From Hamiltosporidium tvaerminnensis FI-OER-3-3 (lineage: Eukaryota; Fungi; Microsporidia), in assembly GCA_022605425.2 (NCBI GenBank), contig CM061250.1, positions 186,001 through 250,000 of the forward strand: DNA of 64,000 nt, read 5' to 3'. The notes beneath the pieces were generated by a model. The model was given only the letters and a program-made list of their open reading frames with translations. It did no database searches and had not been told where the DNA came from. Every line of letters starts with the position of its first letter. The stretch's first letter is position 1. The translations under genes and the position numbers were made by a program. Positions 10,017 to 21,584 of this stretch are shown in pieces.

Positions 10017-11258
10017 CTAACAAACTAACATATCCTTATCTCCTGTAACTTCATAATCAGAAATAGAAACCTCAAATCTAGATTGTACTTGATTAAGAAT
10101 AACACTATCAGTAGAATCACTAACAAAAGAAATAGCTTCTCCTTTAGTTTCAAACCTACCTGCTCTACCAACTCTATGTAAATAAGTTTCAGGACAATCA
10201 GGCATATCATAATTAATAACAATATTAATATCTTGTATATCAATACCTCTACTCATTAAATCTGTAGTAATCAGTATTCTGTGTTTCATAGATTTAAATT
10301 CTAAAAATCTTTTTTTTCTTTCTTCTGTTATTATATCACTGTGGATATCTATTGAAGGAAATCCTCTTTCTTTTAGGTAGGTGTTTAAGTTTCTGGCTTT
10401 TATTTTGTCTTCGACAAAAATTACTAACTGACTGTAATTTCTGGTGTCTAAAATTTGTTCAAGTTTTTGTTTTTTGTTTTCTTCTGAGACATTCAAATAT
10501 AACTGTTTTAAACCGTGAAGAGTTAGTTTAGATTCGTCACCAACGTATACTTCGTGGGGTTGGTTGAGGAAAAGAAGACATAATTTTTTCTTGTCTTCGT
10601 TTAGGGTGGCGGTGAACATCATAACTTGTTTATTGCGAGGTGTTTTGACAAATATTCTTTGAATGACAAATCTCATTGTGTCTTTTTCGAGACACTTATC
10701 GACTTCGTCGATAATGAAGTGTTTGACGTGTCGGAAATGGACGATTCTTCGGGTCAAAAGGTCGAGGGTTCGGCCGGGTGTGCCGACAAAAATGTTGGGT
10801 TGGCCTATTTCAAGACGTAACCGATCGTCTCTAAAATCGGAACCTCCATGGAAACAATCAACGGTGACATTTTCAAAGAACTTTAAAAATCTTAAAAATT
10901 CGCCGTACACTTGTTGGGCAAGCTCATGTGTATGTACGATAACAATGGCACTGGTTTCTTTGGGGATAGGTTGTATCTGCTGAAGAGTGGAAAGAATAAA
11001 AACAGCGGTTTTTCCTGAACCGCTTTTTGCTTGGCAGAGAATGTCGGCACCAAGAATCGCACGTGGGATGCATTGCTGTTGGACTTCGCTTGGATGTTCA
11101 AAATTTATGCTGGCTAACACTTTATTTAAAGGATCGATGAGTAAAAAATCTTTGAAGAATGATGTGTGAGTTGTAACTGGTCTTTCTGTTTTCTTGGGTT
11201 CTTTTGTAAGAGTTTCGTCGTATTCAATAAGTTCCTCGTCACTTGGATTTCTTCCCAT
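10017..11258 (-). CDS. SUB2: UAP56/Sub2 (DDX39) RNA helicase
   Basis: FKDFLL, FEHPSEVQQQCIP, CQAKSGSGKTAVF, VGTPGR, DESKLTLHGLKQ and YLHRVGRAGRF are characteristic UAP56 motifs. Upstream sequence acccttcATG. Confidence 0.95.
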   Translation of the reverse strand: MGRNPSDEELIEYDETLTKEPKKTERPVTTHTSFFKDFLLIDPLNKVLASINFEHPSEVQQQCIPRAILGADILCQAKSGSGKTAVFILSTLQQIQPIPKETSAIVIVHTHELAQQVYGEFLRFLKFFENVTVDCFHGGSDFRDDRLRLEIGQPNIFVGTPGRTLDLLTRRIVHFRHVKHFIIDEVDKCLEKDTMRFVIQRIFVKTPRNKQVMMFTATLNEDKKKLCLLFLNQPHEVYVGDESKLTLHGLKQLYLNVSEENKKQKLEQILDTRNYSQLVIFVEDKIKARNLNTYLKERGFPSIDIHSDIITEERKKRFLEFKSMKHRILITTDLMSRGIDIQDINIVINYDMPDCPETYLHRVGRAGRFETKGEAISFVSDSTDSVILNQVQSRFEVSISDYEVTGDKDMLVC

Positions 11259-11489
11259 GAAGGGTTAGATTTTATGGGAAATAAAAATTAATTTTTAAGG
11301 AGGATATTATGAGGGATTGTAAGGAGAAGGATAAGTAGAATTCTTTAGCAGGAGGAAGGTAATAATTTATTTGTAAGAAGATAATGGTATAAGGAGAAGA
11401 TATGTAGGATATTGTACATAGAAGGATAAATAGGAATTATTGAAGAGGAGGATAATAATTTATTGGTAAGAAGGAGATATTAAGTGAAA

Positions 11490-11656
11490 AGGATAAGTAG
11501 AAATGTTGAAAAGAGGTAATTTCTATTTTATCAGTAAGAATGAATTAATAAAAGGGTTTGTAAAGATAAGGATAAGTAGAAATGTTGAAGAGCGAGAATT
11601 ATTATTTTATCAGTAAGAATGAATTAATAAAAGGGTTTGTAAAGATAAGGATAAGA
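11490..11656. repeat. ~79-bp tandem duplication
   Basis: tttatcagtaagaatgaattaataaaagggtttgtaaagataaggataag occurs twice. Confidence 0.85.
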
Positions 11657-11914
11657 TGAAAAATTAAATTAAATATTAAATCTAGAAATAATTTGATAAG
11701 AATTTAATTATATTTAGATTGGAAGAGATAATTATAAATTAAAAAAAAAGTAAATTTTATTGTAATTTGATTTAATCTCTATTATTAATATTATTATTTC
11801 AAATATAAATTTATTGAAGAAGAAAGTAAATATTTTTATTTAATACTGATTATTCTTATGTGATTATTTTTTTTTATATTACAGTTACTCTTTCTTTTTT
11901 AATGGTTTTTTAAA

Positions 11915-12017
11915 TTTTATTGTAATTTTATATTAGATTGTGATTTTATATTTTATTGTAATTTTATATTAGATTGTGATTTTATATTTTATTGTAATTT
12001 TATATTAGATTGTGATT
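11915..12017. repeat. 36-bp tandem repeat, about 3 copies
   Basis: ttttattgtaattttatattagattgtgattttata repeated in tandem. Confidence 0.85.
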
Positions 12018-12302
12018 ACATTCAAGGTTTTAACTAATATATTCGTTTAATTGCTTAAAATTTATAATCTGTATTGATATAATCCTAAGAGTTTGGGTTT
12101 TTAAACACTATCGTTTCTTCTAATAAACAATAAATATTTCTTAATACGGGTACTCATGGGAAGAATTAAAGAAAATAAATCTTTTTGTGTACTATCGACT
12201 GAATATGTGTTCCTATTATCATGGGTATTTTATCTTCTAAAGGTATGCTTTATAGTATTCAGGTTTAATATAATTTCAAGGAAGTATTGCGAATTTTTTT
12301 GG

Positions 12303-12968
12303 TGGTTGAAGAAAAACCAGCTAAGAAACGTTCTGCTTGGCGATGAGTATGTGAAGCAGGTGTGAAGATCGTTGTTTTGATTTTTGGTAGGAATAAAAAT
12401 ACACTAGGCTAGGTGTTTTATGGTTGCTTATATGAGGAGGCCTATGAAACATGGAAAATTTTCTATAAATATATTTTGTAGTTTTTTATGTAACCAGATT
12501 GCAGACAGCAGCTGAAATTATGGGCAATTGCCATTTAAAAGCATGGAAACCTATCCTGACCTACTTCGGTAAAAGGCCCGGTGCCTGTGAGATATAAAAA
12601 TAAAAACATTTAAAGCCGAGAAAGTTAAGTAGCAGGTTATACCTATTCGTAAGTCTTTGCACTGTCTAGGTAGACCCCATGTAAGTCTCTAAATATATCC
12701 TAGCTATAACTTTTTGGGTTCGGAAAGGGTAGAGTAAGTGGGAATGCTGCTTAGTCTTGGGGGGGGGGCTAGGTTGGGTTTCTGCCTTCGATCACACACT
12801 ATGCAACAGACATTAAAGAACTCTGAGCAACTGCCTCGCCCATTAATTGGTTCTATAAAACTTTCAGATGAAAGGCTTTGGGATGTAGGTATCATAGGAA
12901 GTACCAGTGTAGTGCTGGGGAAGCAGGTACTTGTTAAACCCAGAACTGGGTTAATGTCATAAAAACAA
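12303..12968 (+). mobile_element. ~720-bp structured non-coding dispersed element, copy 1 (diverged)
   Basis: Collinear with 15451-16173 (ctgcttggc.atgag, tatgtaaccagattgcagac, taagtagcaggttatacct, gtagagtaagtgggaatgctgc, gatgaaaggctttggga, ttaatgtcat). Confidence 0.9.
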
Positions 12969-14488
12969 TTTTAGGAAATAATCACTACACTTATAAATAT
13001 GAAAAACCATGGTTGCTGGTAAATTTATTTACTTTAAAAATGTGAAGCAAATAATCAGTGTATAGGGCATTAAATAGATGATGAAATAGATACCTTTTAG
13101 TTTAATTGGCGTAATCTTTTTTAATTTCTTATATAATACAAATATATCTGGCCCATAATTCTAAAATTTTAGGATAGTTTTTATTCAGGTGTCCACGCTT
13201 ATTTCCGGATACAAATTACTAGGTTTTTTAAGGGTGGTCACTTTTAATTAATTTTTAGAATTAAATTTGTGTTTATTTATAATAAATTGATTAAAACTCC
13301 AAACCATTCATATATTTCTTACTATTTTTGTATTAAAGTAAAATATTATTACATTTTTGTATATAAATACATTGATATGGTTTAAACGTGTAAAGTAAGA
13401 AGATTCAGAGTTTTGGAATCAACCAGATCAGTGATAATATTGATGATTTGGCATATGCAAGAATCAAAGCTGTAATATGTATAAATTATTGTGTTTTTAA
13501 TTTAATATTTTTATTATTAGTAACTCGTTTTTATAAACATGTGAAAAATATTTCAATTTAAATTAAATTGGTTGGTCGAAATATGCTTATGTTGTATTTT
13601 GTTACATATTCGTGTAATTTTTGAAATTCTTAATTTATATTTTTTCACTATTTTTGATTTGAATATTGGAATGAAATTATAAGTAGGATTTACAGCAAAG
13701 CCATTTTGTTTTACTTGTCCTGGAACGGATTATTGGTATGTATTGATTATATTTAAAATGGGTTTTTTTTAACTTTAAGATTTAAGTAAATTGTTTGATT
13801 TATTTTCTAAATTCAGATAGAAATAATTTAAGATCAAAGTATACTTCTTGTGAAATTTTTATAGTTATTTGATGGTAAAAGAAAATATTATTTGATATTT
13901 ATGTTTTATTAGAATAGAAAATTCTTTAGAAACAAGATATATTCAGTATTATTTATTTACAAAAAATAATTTAATAATAATTGCAGTATTTAAGAATTAG
14001 ATTTTTTGGTAATTCGAATGTCCTAGAAAAGAATATCGATTGCCTTTTAATTTTTCCAACTTAAAAATTTTTAGTTAAAAAATGACTAAAAAGTAAAAAT
14101 TAAATCTTAGATATAAAAACATAAAATTTACTTAATTATAACAAATAAGACACAATAATTTTAAACATTTTAGACAAAATTTTCATTGAAATTTTATTAT
14201 AACTTACATTATTAAAATATAAAAAAATTAATACGTTGTTATTACTTTAATCATTCTCTAATCGAAAATATTTTCCACTATAAAAAGAAAAGATTTTAAG
14301 ATTCATTTTTATTTAAAAAGTATGTTATGTTTGTGTATTTAGAATTGTGATTAAAGAATCATTCTAATATTTAAATGTTCATTTCAAAATTAAAAAATAT
14401 TTTCTTATCTTGATTATCTGAAAATGGTAAATTATTTGTCTAAAAATAGAAATTTAAAATTCTTTTTCTGTGAATGAAATTTCTTGTT

Positions 14489-15193
14489 TTAAACTTTTTT
14501 TAATTCCTCTGTTGTTCTGTCCATAATTTGTTCAGAATTTTCATTTACTTTTGATATTTTTTTTATGTCGCCTTTTTGTTTTTTTAATTCGCTTTTTTGA
14601 ATTTCTGCTTCTGAATTCATTCCTTTTAATTTGTTAGATATTTTATACAATTCTTTATTTGTCATTCCTTCTCCTTTAACAACCTCGTCATCACTATTTT
14701 GATTAAACTGCTCATCATCTGAACTAATTTCTTGAATTCTTTCAGTACTTCGATTTTTTTTATGTTTGAGTCTTTCTTTCTCTACTTCTACTTCTTTTTC
14801 TATTTTTCGATCCGAACTAAAAAGATGCTTGATTTTTCCGATAAGTGGTACATGAAACCCAAAAAGCTTTCCTTCTCGTTTTATGTCTTTGGTAATCTTT
14901 GCTCCTTTCACAGCTCCTTCATGAACTTCAATAGCTTCACCTTTAATATTTCTTAATTTTTCTCCTTGCGACTTAAGTCGCCCGGTCGTATCTTTTTGTT
15001 GTGTACCAGATGCTTCTAACTTCATACGTGCTTGTTTGGCCACATCATAATTCTCTGCTTCTAATTCTTCTGCTCTTCTTTTAATCTCTTCATCTATACT
15101 ACTCTGTGCACTGTCCGATTGTCCTTCCTCTTTTTTCTCCTTTTTTCTGTCTAAAAATTTTTGATATTGTTCTTGAGAATAAATATCTTTCAT
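14489..15193 (-). CDS. SEC9: Sec9/SNAP-25-like Qbc t-SNARE
   Basis: 234 aa with two SNARE coiled coils carrying central Q layers (TTGRLKSQGEKLRNI; IQKSELKKQKGDIKKI), a linker and no transmembrane domain. CCC upstream. Confidence 0.75.
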   Translation of the reverse strand: MKDIYSQEQYQKFLDRKKEKKEEGQSDSAQSSIDEEIKRRAEELEAENYDVAKQARMKLEASGTQQKDTTGRLKSQGEKLRNIKGEAIEVHEGAVKGAKITKDIKREGKLFGFHVPLIGKIKHLFSSDRKIEKEVEVEKERLKHKKNRSTERIQEISSDDEQFNQNSDDEVVKGEGMTNKELYKISNKLKGMNSEAEIQKSELKKQKGDIKKISKVNENSEQIMDRTTEELKKV

Positions 15194-15450
15194 ATTTTAA
15201 AGGGTTTTTTGTTATAAAATATTCATCGTTCTAATTGTATTTAAATATTTGAATTAAAGGAGATAAATGTAAATTATTTATGATATTAAGGAGGTTAATG
15301 TATGGAATAGAAAAGAATGAATGTTTAAAACATTTTTATTGTTTCTAAGAACCGATTGAATTTTATAAAAATATTTTATTTGAACATAAATTTTATTTTA
15401 TTTGTAGAGTGTCCATTTAAATATTCTAAATATTATTTTATTGTATGAAA

Positions 15451-16173
15451 TGGAGGGAGTATAACCACATAAGAAACTTTCTGCTTGGCAATGAGTGTGT
15501 GAAACTGGTGTGAGGTCATTGTTTGGATTTTTGGTGGGAATAAAACCACACTACATCCTCGATCGTAACATGGGAGTTGTTATGGGGAGGAGAGGTCTAA
15601 GAAATGGTGAAACTTTTTCTACGAATTTATTTGTAGCTTTTTATGTAACCAGATTGCAGACCGTAGCTGAACATGTGGGTAATCGCCATGTAAAAACATG
15701 AAAACATAGCCTTGCTCACTCGAGTTAGAAGACTTAGCTCTGGGAGATACAAAACAAAAAACCATTAATAGCCGAAAGAGCTAAGTAGCAGGTTATACCT
15801 GTTGGTATGACATTGCACTATCTAGGTGAACTCCATATAAGTCTCTGAAATATATCTTAGCTAGAAGTTTATTAGATTCAGAAAGTGTAGAGTAAGTGGG
15901 AATGCTGCATAGTCTTGGGGAAGCCCAGGGGGGCTTCGACCTTCGATCACACTCCATGCAACGGACATTAACGAACTCCGGGCAACTGCCTCGCCTATTA
16001 ATTAGGTTCTACACACCTGGTAGATGAAAGGCTTTGGGACGTTGTTATAACAGGAGGTACGGATGGAGTGTTGGGTAGCAGTTATTTATGTTAAACCTAG
16101 AACTGCGTTAATGTCATGAAAACAAATATAACACTTGCCACTGTTTTAAAAAGATGTGATACTACAAATAAAG
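15451..16173 (+). mobile_element. ~720-bp structured non-coding dispersed element, copy 2
   Basis: Runs from TGGAGGGAG to AATAAAG. Near-perfect flanking duplication ttttattgtatgaaa (15436-15450) / ttttatttatgaaa (16185-16198). Confidence 0.95.
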
Positions 16174-18948
16174 TTATAATTAAATTTTATTTATGAAATG
16201 TACATTTTGAAATATTTAAGATTTACAAAGTATACAGAGTTTAATATTTATAGTTAATCAAACAAAGAGCTTGGAAAATTGTTTTTTATTCGTTAATTTT
16301 CTATATTTGGTTGTTTTTTTTATTTTGAAAAGTTTTCATAGAATAGATTTATATTCATTGCTTAGTTATAAGAGTCATATTTTATTTCATCAGGTACCAA
16401 AGAAGAGTTCGTTCCTATAAGCACATTATTGAAATAAATTTGTAATTTACAGAAATATCAATAATATATGTAATTAAATTACTAATTCTTGGGATTCGTA
16501 TTTGTGGAAAGAATCATTTTAAAAATGAAATTATCAACCAATAAGAAATCAATCTTTAAAATCCTTATAATTAATTAATTGAAAAATTCATAAATTTAAA
16601 CATGGAAACATAAGAAAGAAATTTTGTTATTTGGTTGTGCAGTGGTATAAATCATAGGTGGAAACATATATCTATGGCCGATTTTAATATAATTCAATCA
16701 TAAATTTTAAGAATATATGTAGGTATGAATAATAGCCAATAAATTTCACGGAATATATACGAATATGGGAATTCATTCACTTTTTTTAATTTCAATACGA
16801 ACATTTACTTTAAATCAAAGCTATAAATATTTTGAATTATTACATTTAAATTATTTTATATGGGTTTTCAGGCATGTAGCGTAAATCATCAAAAACAAGA
16901 CATATTAAGCCAAGTAAAACCAACGGCGAATTAGATATGGCATATTTTATTTAACACCACTTAATATCTAATTATGATATCAAATAATGAAACAGCAGAC
17001 GACGTATTAAGCTTTTACTTAAAAACTACATGTTGCAAAAAAATCAGGTTAAGGCAAGAAGTTTTGCGTTTCTACTACTAGCTTCTTTTATATAAATGAA
17101 ATATTTTTAAATAAGCTACTTTTATTTAAAACTTAAATATATTTAAATTTATACGAGACCACTGAAATAACATATAATTTATTTTCATATTCATCTACGT
17201 CAGATAAGTTAATGTAGATCAAAGGATTTGTAACTTGGGAATAAAATAAAAAATATATTTCAATATTATAAGTTGCAACACATTTCATTTAAAATATATC
17301 TCTGACTAACCATGTCGACTCAGTCTTTGAACTGATCGGGCATCCTGTAAGATTCCCTATTCTTACCTATTATGTGCTATAGATTTCTATCGCAATACAT
17401 TAAGTTTTTTAGATCATTTTACACTTAGTATAGTTATCTTTTCGAAGTCTACCACATCTTCTATTAGATTTAGGTGGAGATCTAAGAAGCATACTAACAG
17501 CCTTTCAGGTATATCCTAGATAATAAATTTTATTTTGTTAACTTGAATCGCACTATCAAAAATTTTGTAAATCATGATAGCTGAAAAAGCCTTCTTTGTT
17601 ATTATGAACATACTTTGGGATACAAATGAAATTCTTAGATTTTGCATCAAAGATAATGAATCATTAAAATAAGTATTTACTTAATATTATATTGCTCATT
17701 CTAGAAAAAATAATTTATTTAAATTGAATATCAAAGCAATTCGCTAGAATGAAACAGTTTAAAAGTAAAAAGAATAGATTTTAAAACAATTGAACGGTGA
17801 TTTTTGTTTAAATTCTTCTTTACATACTGCTGTTGGATCGTATTCTATAAAAAATAAAAATTTAACATTTGTACTATATATAACAGTATAATATATGGCA
17901 CAACCGATGAATCCACAGGTAACTTAATTGCATGGTTCTACAATAAAATATTTTACGTTTTTATATAATATATTATGTCATATTCAGGCTTTCAAACTTT
18001 GTATTTAAGATTCAACAACGAATTAAAATATTTTCAGGATCTACAGAGAAAAGTATTTTGATTTATTATCTGTAGAAGCAGAAATTGATGGCTATTTTTC
18101 TAACAAATTAATAACCAAAACGTGTAACCAAAGCTATACATACTAATGCAAGAAAAAAAGGATTTATTTACTTCCACACATATCCGATTTTAAAAATATA
18201 ATTGGTTAATATAATACATTTGGATTTAAAGTATTGATTACTTTAAAGCTCAAAACATTAATTGAAAAAAAATAGAATCATTTAACGAGAACAAAATGTA
18301 AGAATCTAAATGAAAAAAGGTGATTCCACGAAAAATAAAATAATTTTGCTGTGTTCTTGATCATTGAAGAATCTACAATATATTTTTTTATTTTAACAAT
18401 TTTTTTACAAATTGCAAATATATTATACAAATAGATTTTTTTTGGTATTATAAGACAAAGAGATAAATAAAATTTTTATCTAACTTTTTTAATGAATATT
18501 ATATTGAATATATGATCAGCCTTGGTGTGCAAATACATTAAATTTTAGTAAATTTATTGTTTTTATATTTTCTGAGATACGTGTATTGAAATAGATATCC
18601 TACTATGGATTTTTGAATTCAAGTTTAAAAAATCTTTATCAGTTAATTTCTAGTATAATTATTATATTTTAGTTATATTGTTCAGGTTCGTATAAAATAC
18701 GTTAAAATATTGTAATTGTCCACCAAATTTAAATTATACTGAAAGAATACCTCAAATGCAAAAATTTTTTATAGAAACGAAGATTAGAACAATTATATTA
18801 TAAAATTATTTAGAAATCAATAAAATTACAGAAGAAAAACCAATTTTATAAAGGACTGGATATGCAAGAAATTTTTACGTATAAAAAATTGCTTATAGAC
18901 CAAAAAATCTAACTAAATTTAAGCTTAAAAAGTTTTTATCATTGTAAT

Positions 18949-19752
18949 TTAATTTTTCAACAATCGTTTTAAGTAAAACGGTCGATTTTTAGAAATATAA
19001 TTTTTAAGTTCATCAACAGAAAATACATAATTATATTTTTTATCTAAAAAACCCAAGTCTAGAAGATCGCCGAGAGCATCTGAGATATCTTTATCTTTTA
19101 TATTTCGTAATTCGGGATGTTTAAAAACAAATTTTCTGTATTGTTCTATCATTTTATGATTTTTTATATTACAATTCAGTATCATAATTAATAGAGAGAT
19201 ATGTATAGAATTAAGTATATTAAATAAAGACTCAAAATCAAAATTGATTTTGTATTTTTGCATGAGATTGTTTTTTAAAAGAGCTGAAAATCTCGGATCA
19301 ATTTTGTGAGCCTTTTCATTTACATATTGCTTAACTGATTTATATGGAAGAACCGGTAAAAATATAATATTATGATTCAATCGAGATTTAATTCGTTTAT
19401 CCAAGTTTTCTAACGCCATACAAGAAATTGTGGTTAAAATTAAATGAAAATCGTCTTGGGTTTTCGATTTTTCTAATAGAAAATACAATTCAGATGTGCT
19501 TTTCTTTTTATCCAAATAGTAGACCAGATAAGAGTTCGAAAAATCTATATTTTCATCAAAATAATTATTTTCTTCGATAGATTTTTTATATCTTTGTTGG
19601 TTAGATAGAGAAATCTTTATTATTTCGGTCAATAAATATATATCCATGCTTGCCACAAGAATATGACCGTTTTTTAATGAGAAAAAATCTTTTAGTTTTG
19701 ATATTTCGTTGCCATATTCCCCTTTTATTGTTTTGCTTAAATATTTTTCCAT
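18949..19752 (-). CDS. ORC4: Origin recognition complex subunit 4-like, reduced
   Basis: ELYFLLE and ALENLDKRIKSRLNHNIIFLP resemble Orc4 LY.L.D and LEKRVKSRFSHR.I. C-terminal winged-helix-like region. Confidence 0.65.
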   Translation of the reverse strand: MEKYLSKTIKGEYGNEISKLKDFFSLKNGHILVASMDIYLLTEIIKISLSNQQRYKKSIEENNYFDENIDFSNSYLVYYLDKKKSTSELYFLLEKSKTQDDFHLILTTISCMALENLDKRIKSRLNHNIIFLPVLPYKSVKQYVNEKAHKIDPRFSALLKNNLMQKYKINFDFESLFNILNSIHISLLIMILNCNIKNHKMIEQYRKFVFKHPELRNIKDKDISDALGDLLDLGFLDKKYNYVFSVDELKNYISKNRPFYLKRLLKN

Positions 19753-20504
19753 TAAGAAACCGTCTTGGGCAATTTATAAAGATATTTATTTCTAAATATA
19801 AAAGTGTTTCTAATACAAGTATTTATATAGCAAAAAAATGAATTTTAATAGGTTTTATAGAATAAAAAATTTTAAAACTTTATTCAAATATATTTATGTC
19901 ACAGCAAATATATATGAAACAATTAACAAACCAATTACAAATAAATATTTCAATATTTAACAATATATTCAATCTGTTATAAATTAAATTTTTTGAAAAA
20001 AAAATTCTCACGAACTTGAATATTTATATTTTATTATATTCTTCTACACATAAATCAAATAAAGATGTAAAACTTATTGTCCCCGGGAGAGTAAAACAAA
20101 TATATATAAAAATTATAGAAGAACTAAAAATTATAATGTTTAACAAACTTATCGAAAGTGATGAATAAAACAACAAATTGAAACTCTTTTTTCAATATAA
20201 GACATATAGAATAATTTAATTTCAGGCAGATAACATAAATTCTGTTTTTTTCACAATATTTGAGAATAAGATCTCGAAGCAGTTTTTACAAGGCTAAAAA
20301 CCCATAATGTTTCCATTTTGCTATTCAATAAAAATTAGAAGAAAAAAACACACGATAAACATTTATAATCCAAAGAATATTTAATTACAAATATCCTTTT
20401 TATTAGAATGATTTTTCTATTCTGGTTTATAAACATAATTGAGGTAGAAATTAATATTTATAAATTTAATTTATATCGCATTTTTTCAAATTTAAGGATT
20501 TCAA

Positions 20505-21172
20505 GTGTATTCATGACCTTAGTAATTTTACGTTATATATATTCTTTAACCTCTAAGACTCCATCTGTATCTCGTAGGATGTATAAATCCCAAAGCTTTT
20601 TATTCAAAACAATTATAGAAGAGTTTTATGGACAAGAAATTACCCGGGAAACGCTAATTTCCTTTGTTTGGGGTCTTATCGTAGGAAGAAACTTATCTTG
20701 AGCTTCCAAAGACTAGCAACATTTCTTCCTACTCTACACATCCTGAACAGAATATACTTTCAGCTAATATATATCCTAGTGACTTATATGGAATTTACTT
20801 AGAGGTTCAAGTGTTATATCAGCAGGTATACCCAGTCATTTAGTACTCATGGTTTTTAAAATTATATGTTTTTTTTTTATATCTTCCAGGTGCCGAGTCT
20901 CTGTATCGGTGTAACGAAGCCTCTAAGCCTTTGGTGGTAATTACATACAATCAAAACTATAAATTCTAATCTAGTTACATAAAAAACTACGAGTTTTTCT
21001 GGAAAAAAGGTTACTCTTTTTTGTTGATAAGCTTCTTCTATAAAATTTCCCATGGAAGAACCGAAAGCTAGTGTGGTTTTAATTCAAGTTAAAATCAAAA
21101 TAGGGATTTCAAGCTCCTATTTTTTCCAATCGTTGTCGAATAAAAGGTTTTTAATGTGGTAATACTTCTCTA
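20505..21172 (-). mobile_element. Decayed copy of the ~720-bp element
   Basis: Collinear blocks on the reverse strand: tcccaaagc, caaagacta, tactctacac, caggtata, gttacataaaaaactac, atgtggtaatacttctctaca. Confidence 0.75.
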
Positions 21173-21584
21173 CATCACTTTAGAATCAAATAAAAAAAAA
21201 TAAAAATTCAAGTGTCATTCATAGGTTTGCTATAGATATTAAAAAGGCTGATTTTTTCTTAAATTTATTGCCGTTTCAAAACCATAGAGATAAATCAATC
21301 CTATACCTGATACAAATAACGTTAGATTTATTTCCTTAGCAGGAATCGAAAAAAAATAAGTAAAAATTAAAAACCATCTTCAAGTATTTTAATTCTAATA
21401 TTTATATGGCTTGAAGAATTAAAAAGGTAAAAGGTTATGCTAGTCAAATTATTTTGTTTTTAGCAATATAAACACCATAATATTGTTTAAATACATCGAA
21501 ATAAAACGTCAGTTAAAAAATTTTTACTTTTAAAAAAAGTTGTCTTAAATTTTTTACATTTAAATAATTCTTAGGTCACCCTAA

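Noticed and set aside
15484-15510. Hammerhead, twister or HDV ribozyme at the element's 5' end
   Set aside because: CAATGAG...GAAAC lacks the CUGANGA core and flanking stems. The GTGGAGGG twister-like word has no partner strands, and I could not build an HDV double pseudoknot by eye.
15495-15701. Small ORFs inside the 720-bp element (also 12704-12962, 20408-20701, 50813-51046, 58642-59022)
   Set aside because: Mostly non-ATG starts, and stops and frames differ between copies. They reflect the higher GC content of the repeat.
15885-15901. 28S rRNA origin of the element (GTGTAGAGTAAGTGGGA resembles LSU GTGTAGAATAAGTGGGA)
   Set aside because: The similarity does not extend to either side, so it is probably chance. 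An Rfam scan would settle it.
15451-16173. Solo LTR or MITE interpretation
   Set aside because: It starts with TG but has no CA or inverted terminus, and the TSDs are 14-16 bp rather than 2-6 bp. Disfavoured but not fully excluded.
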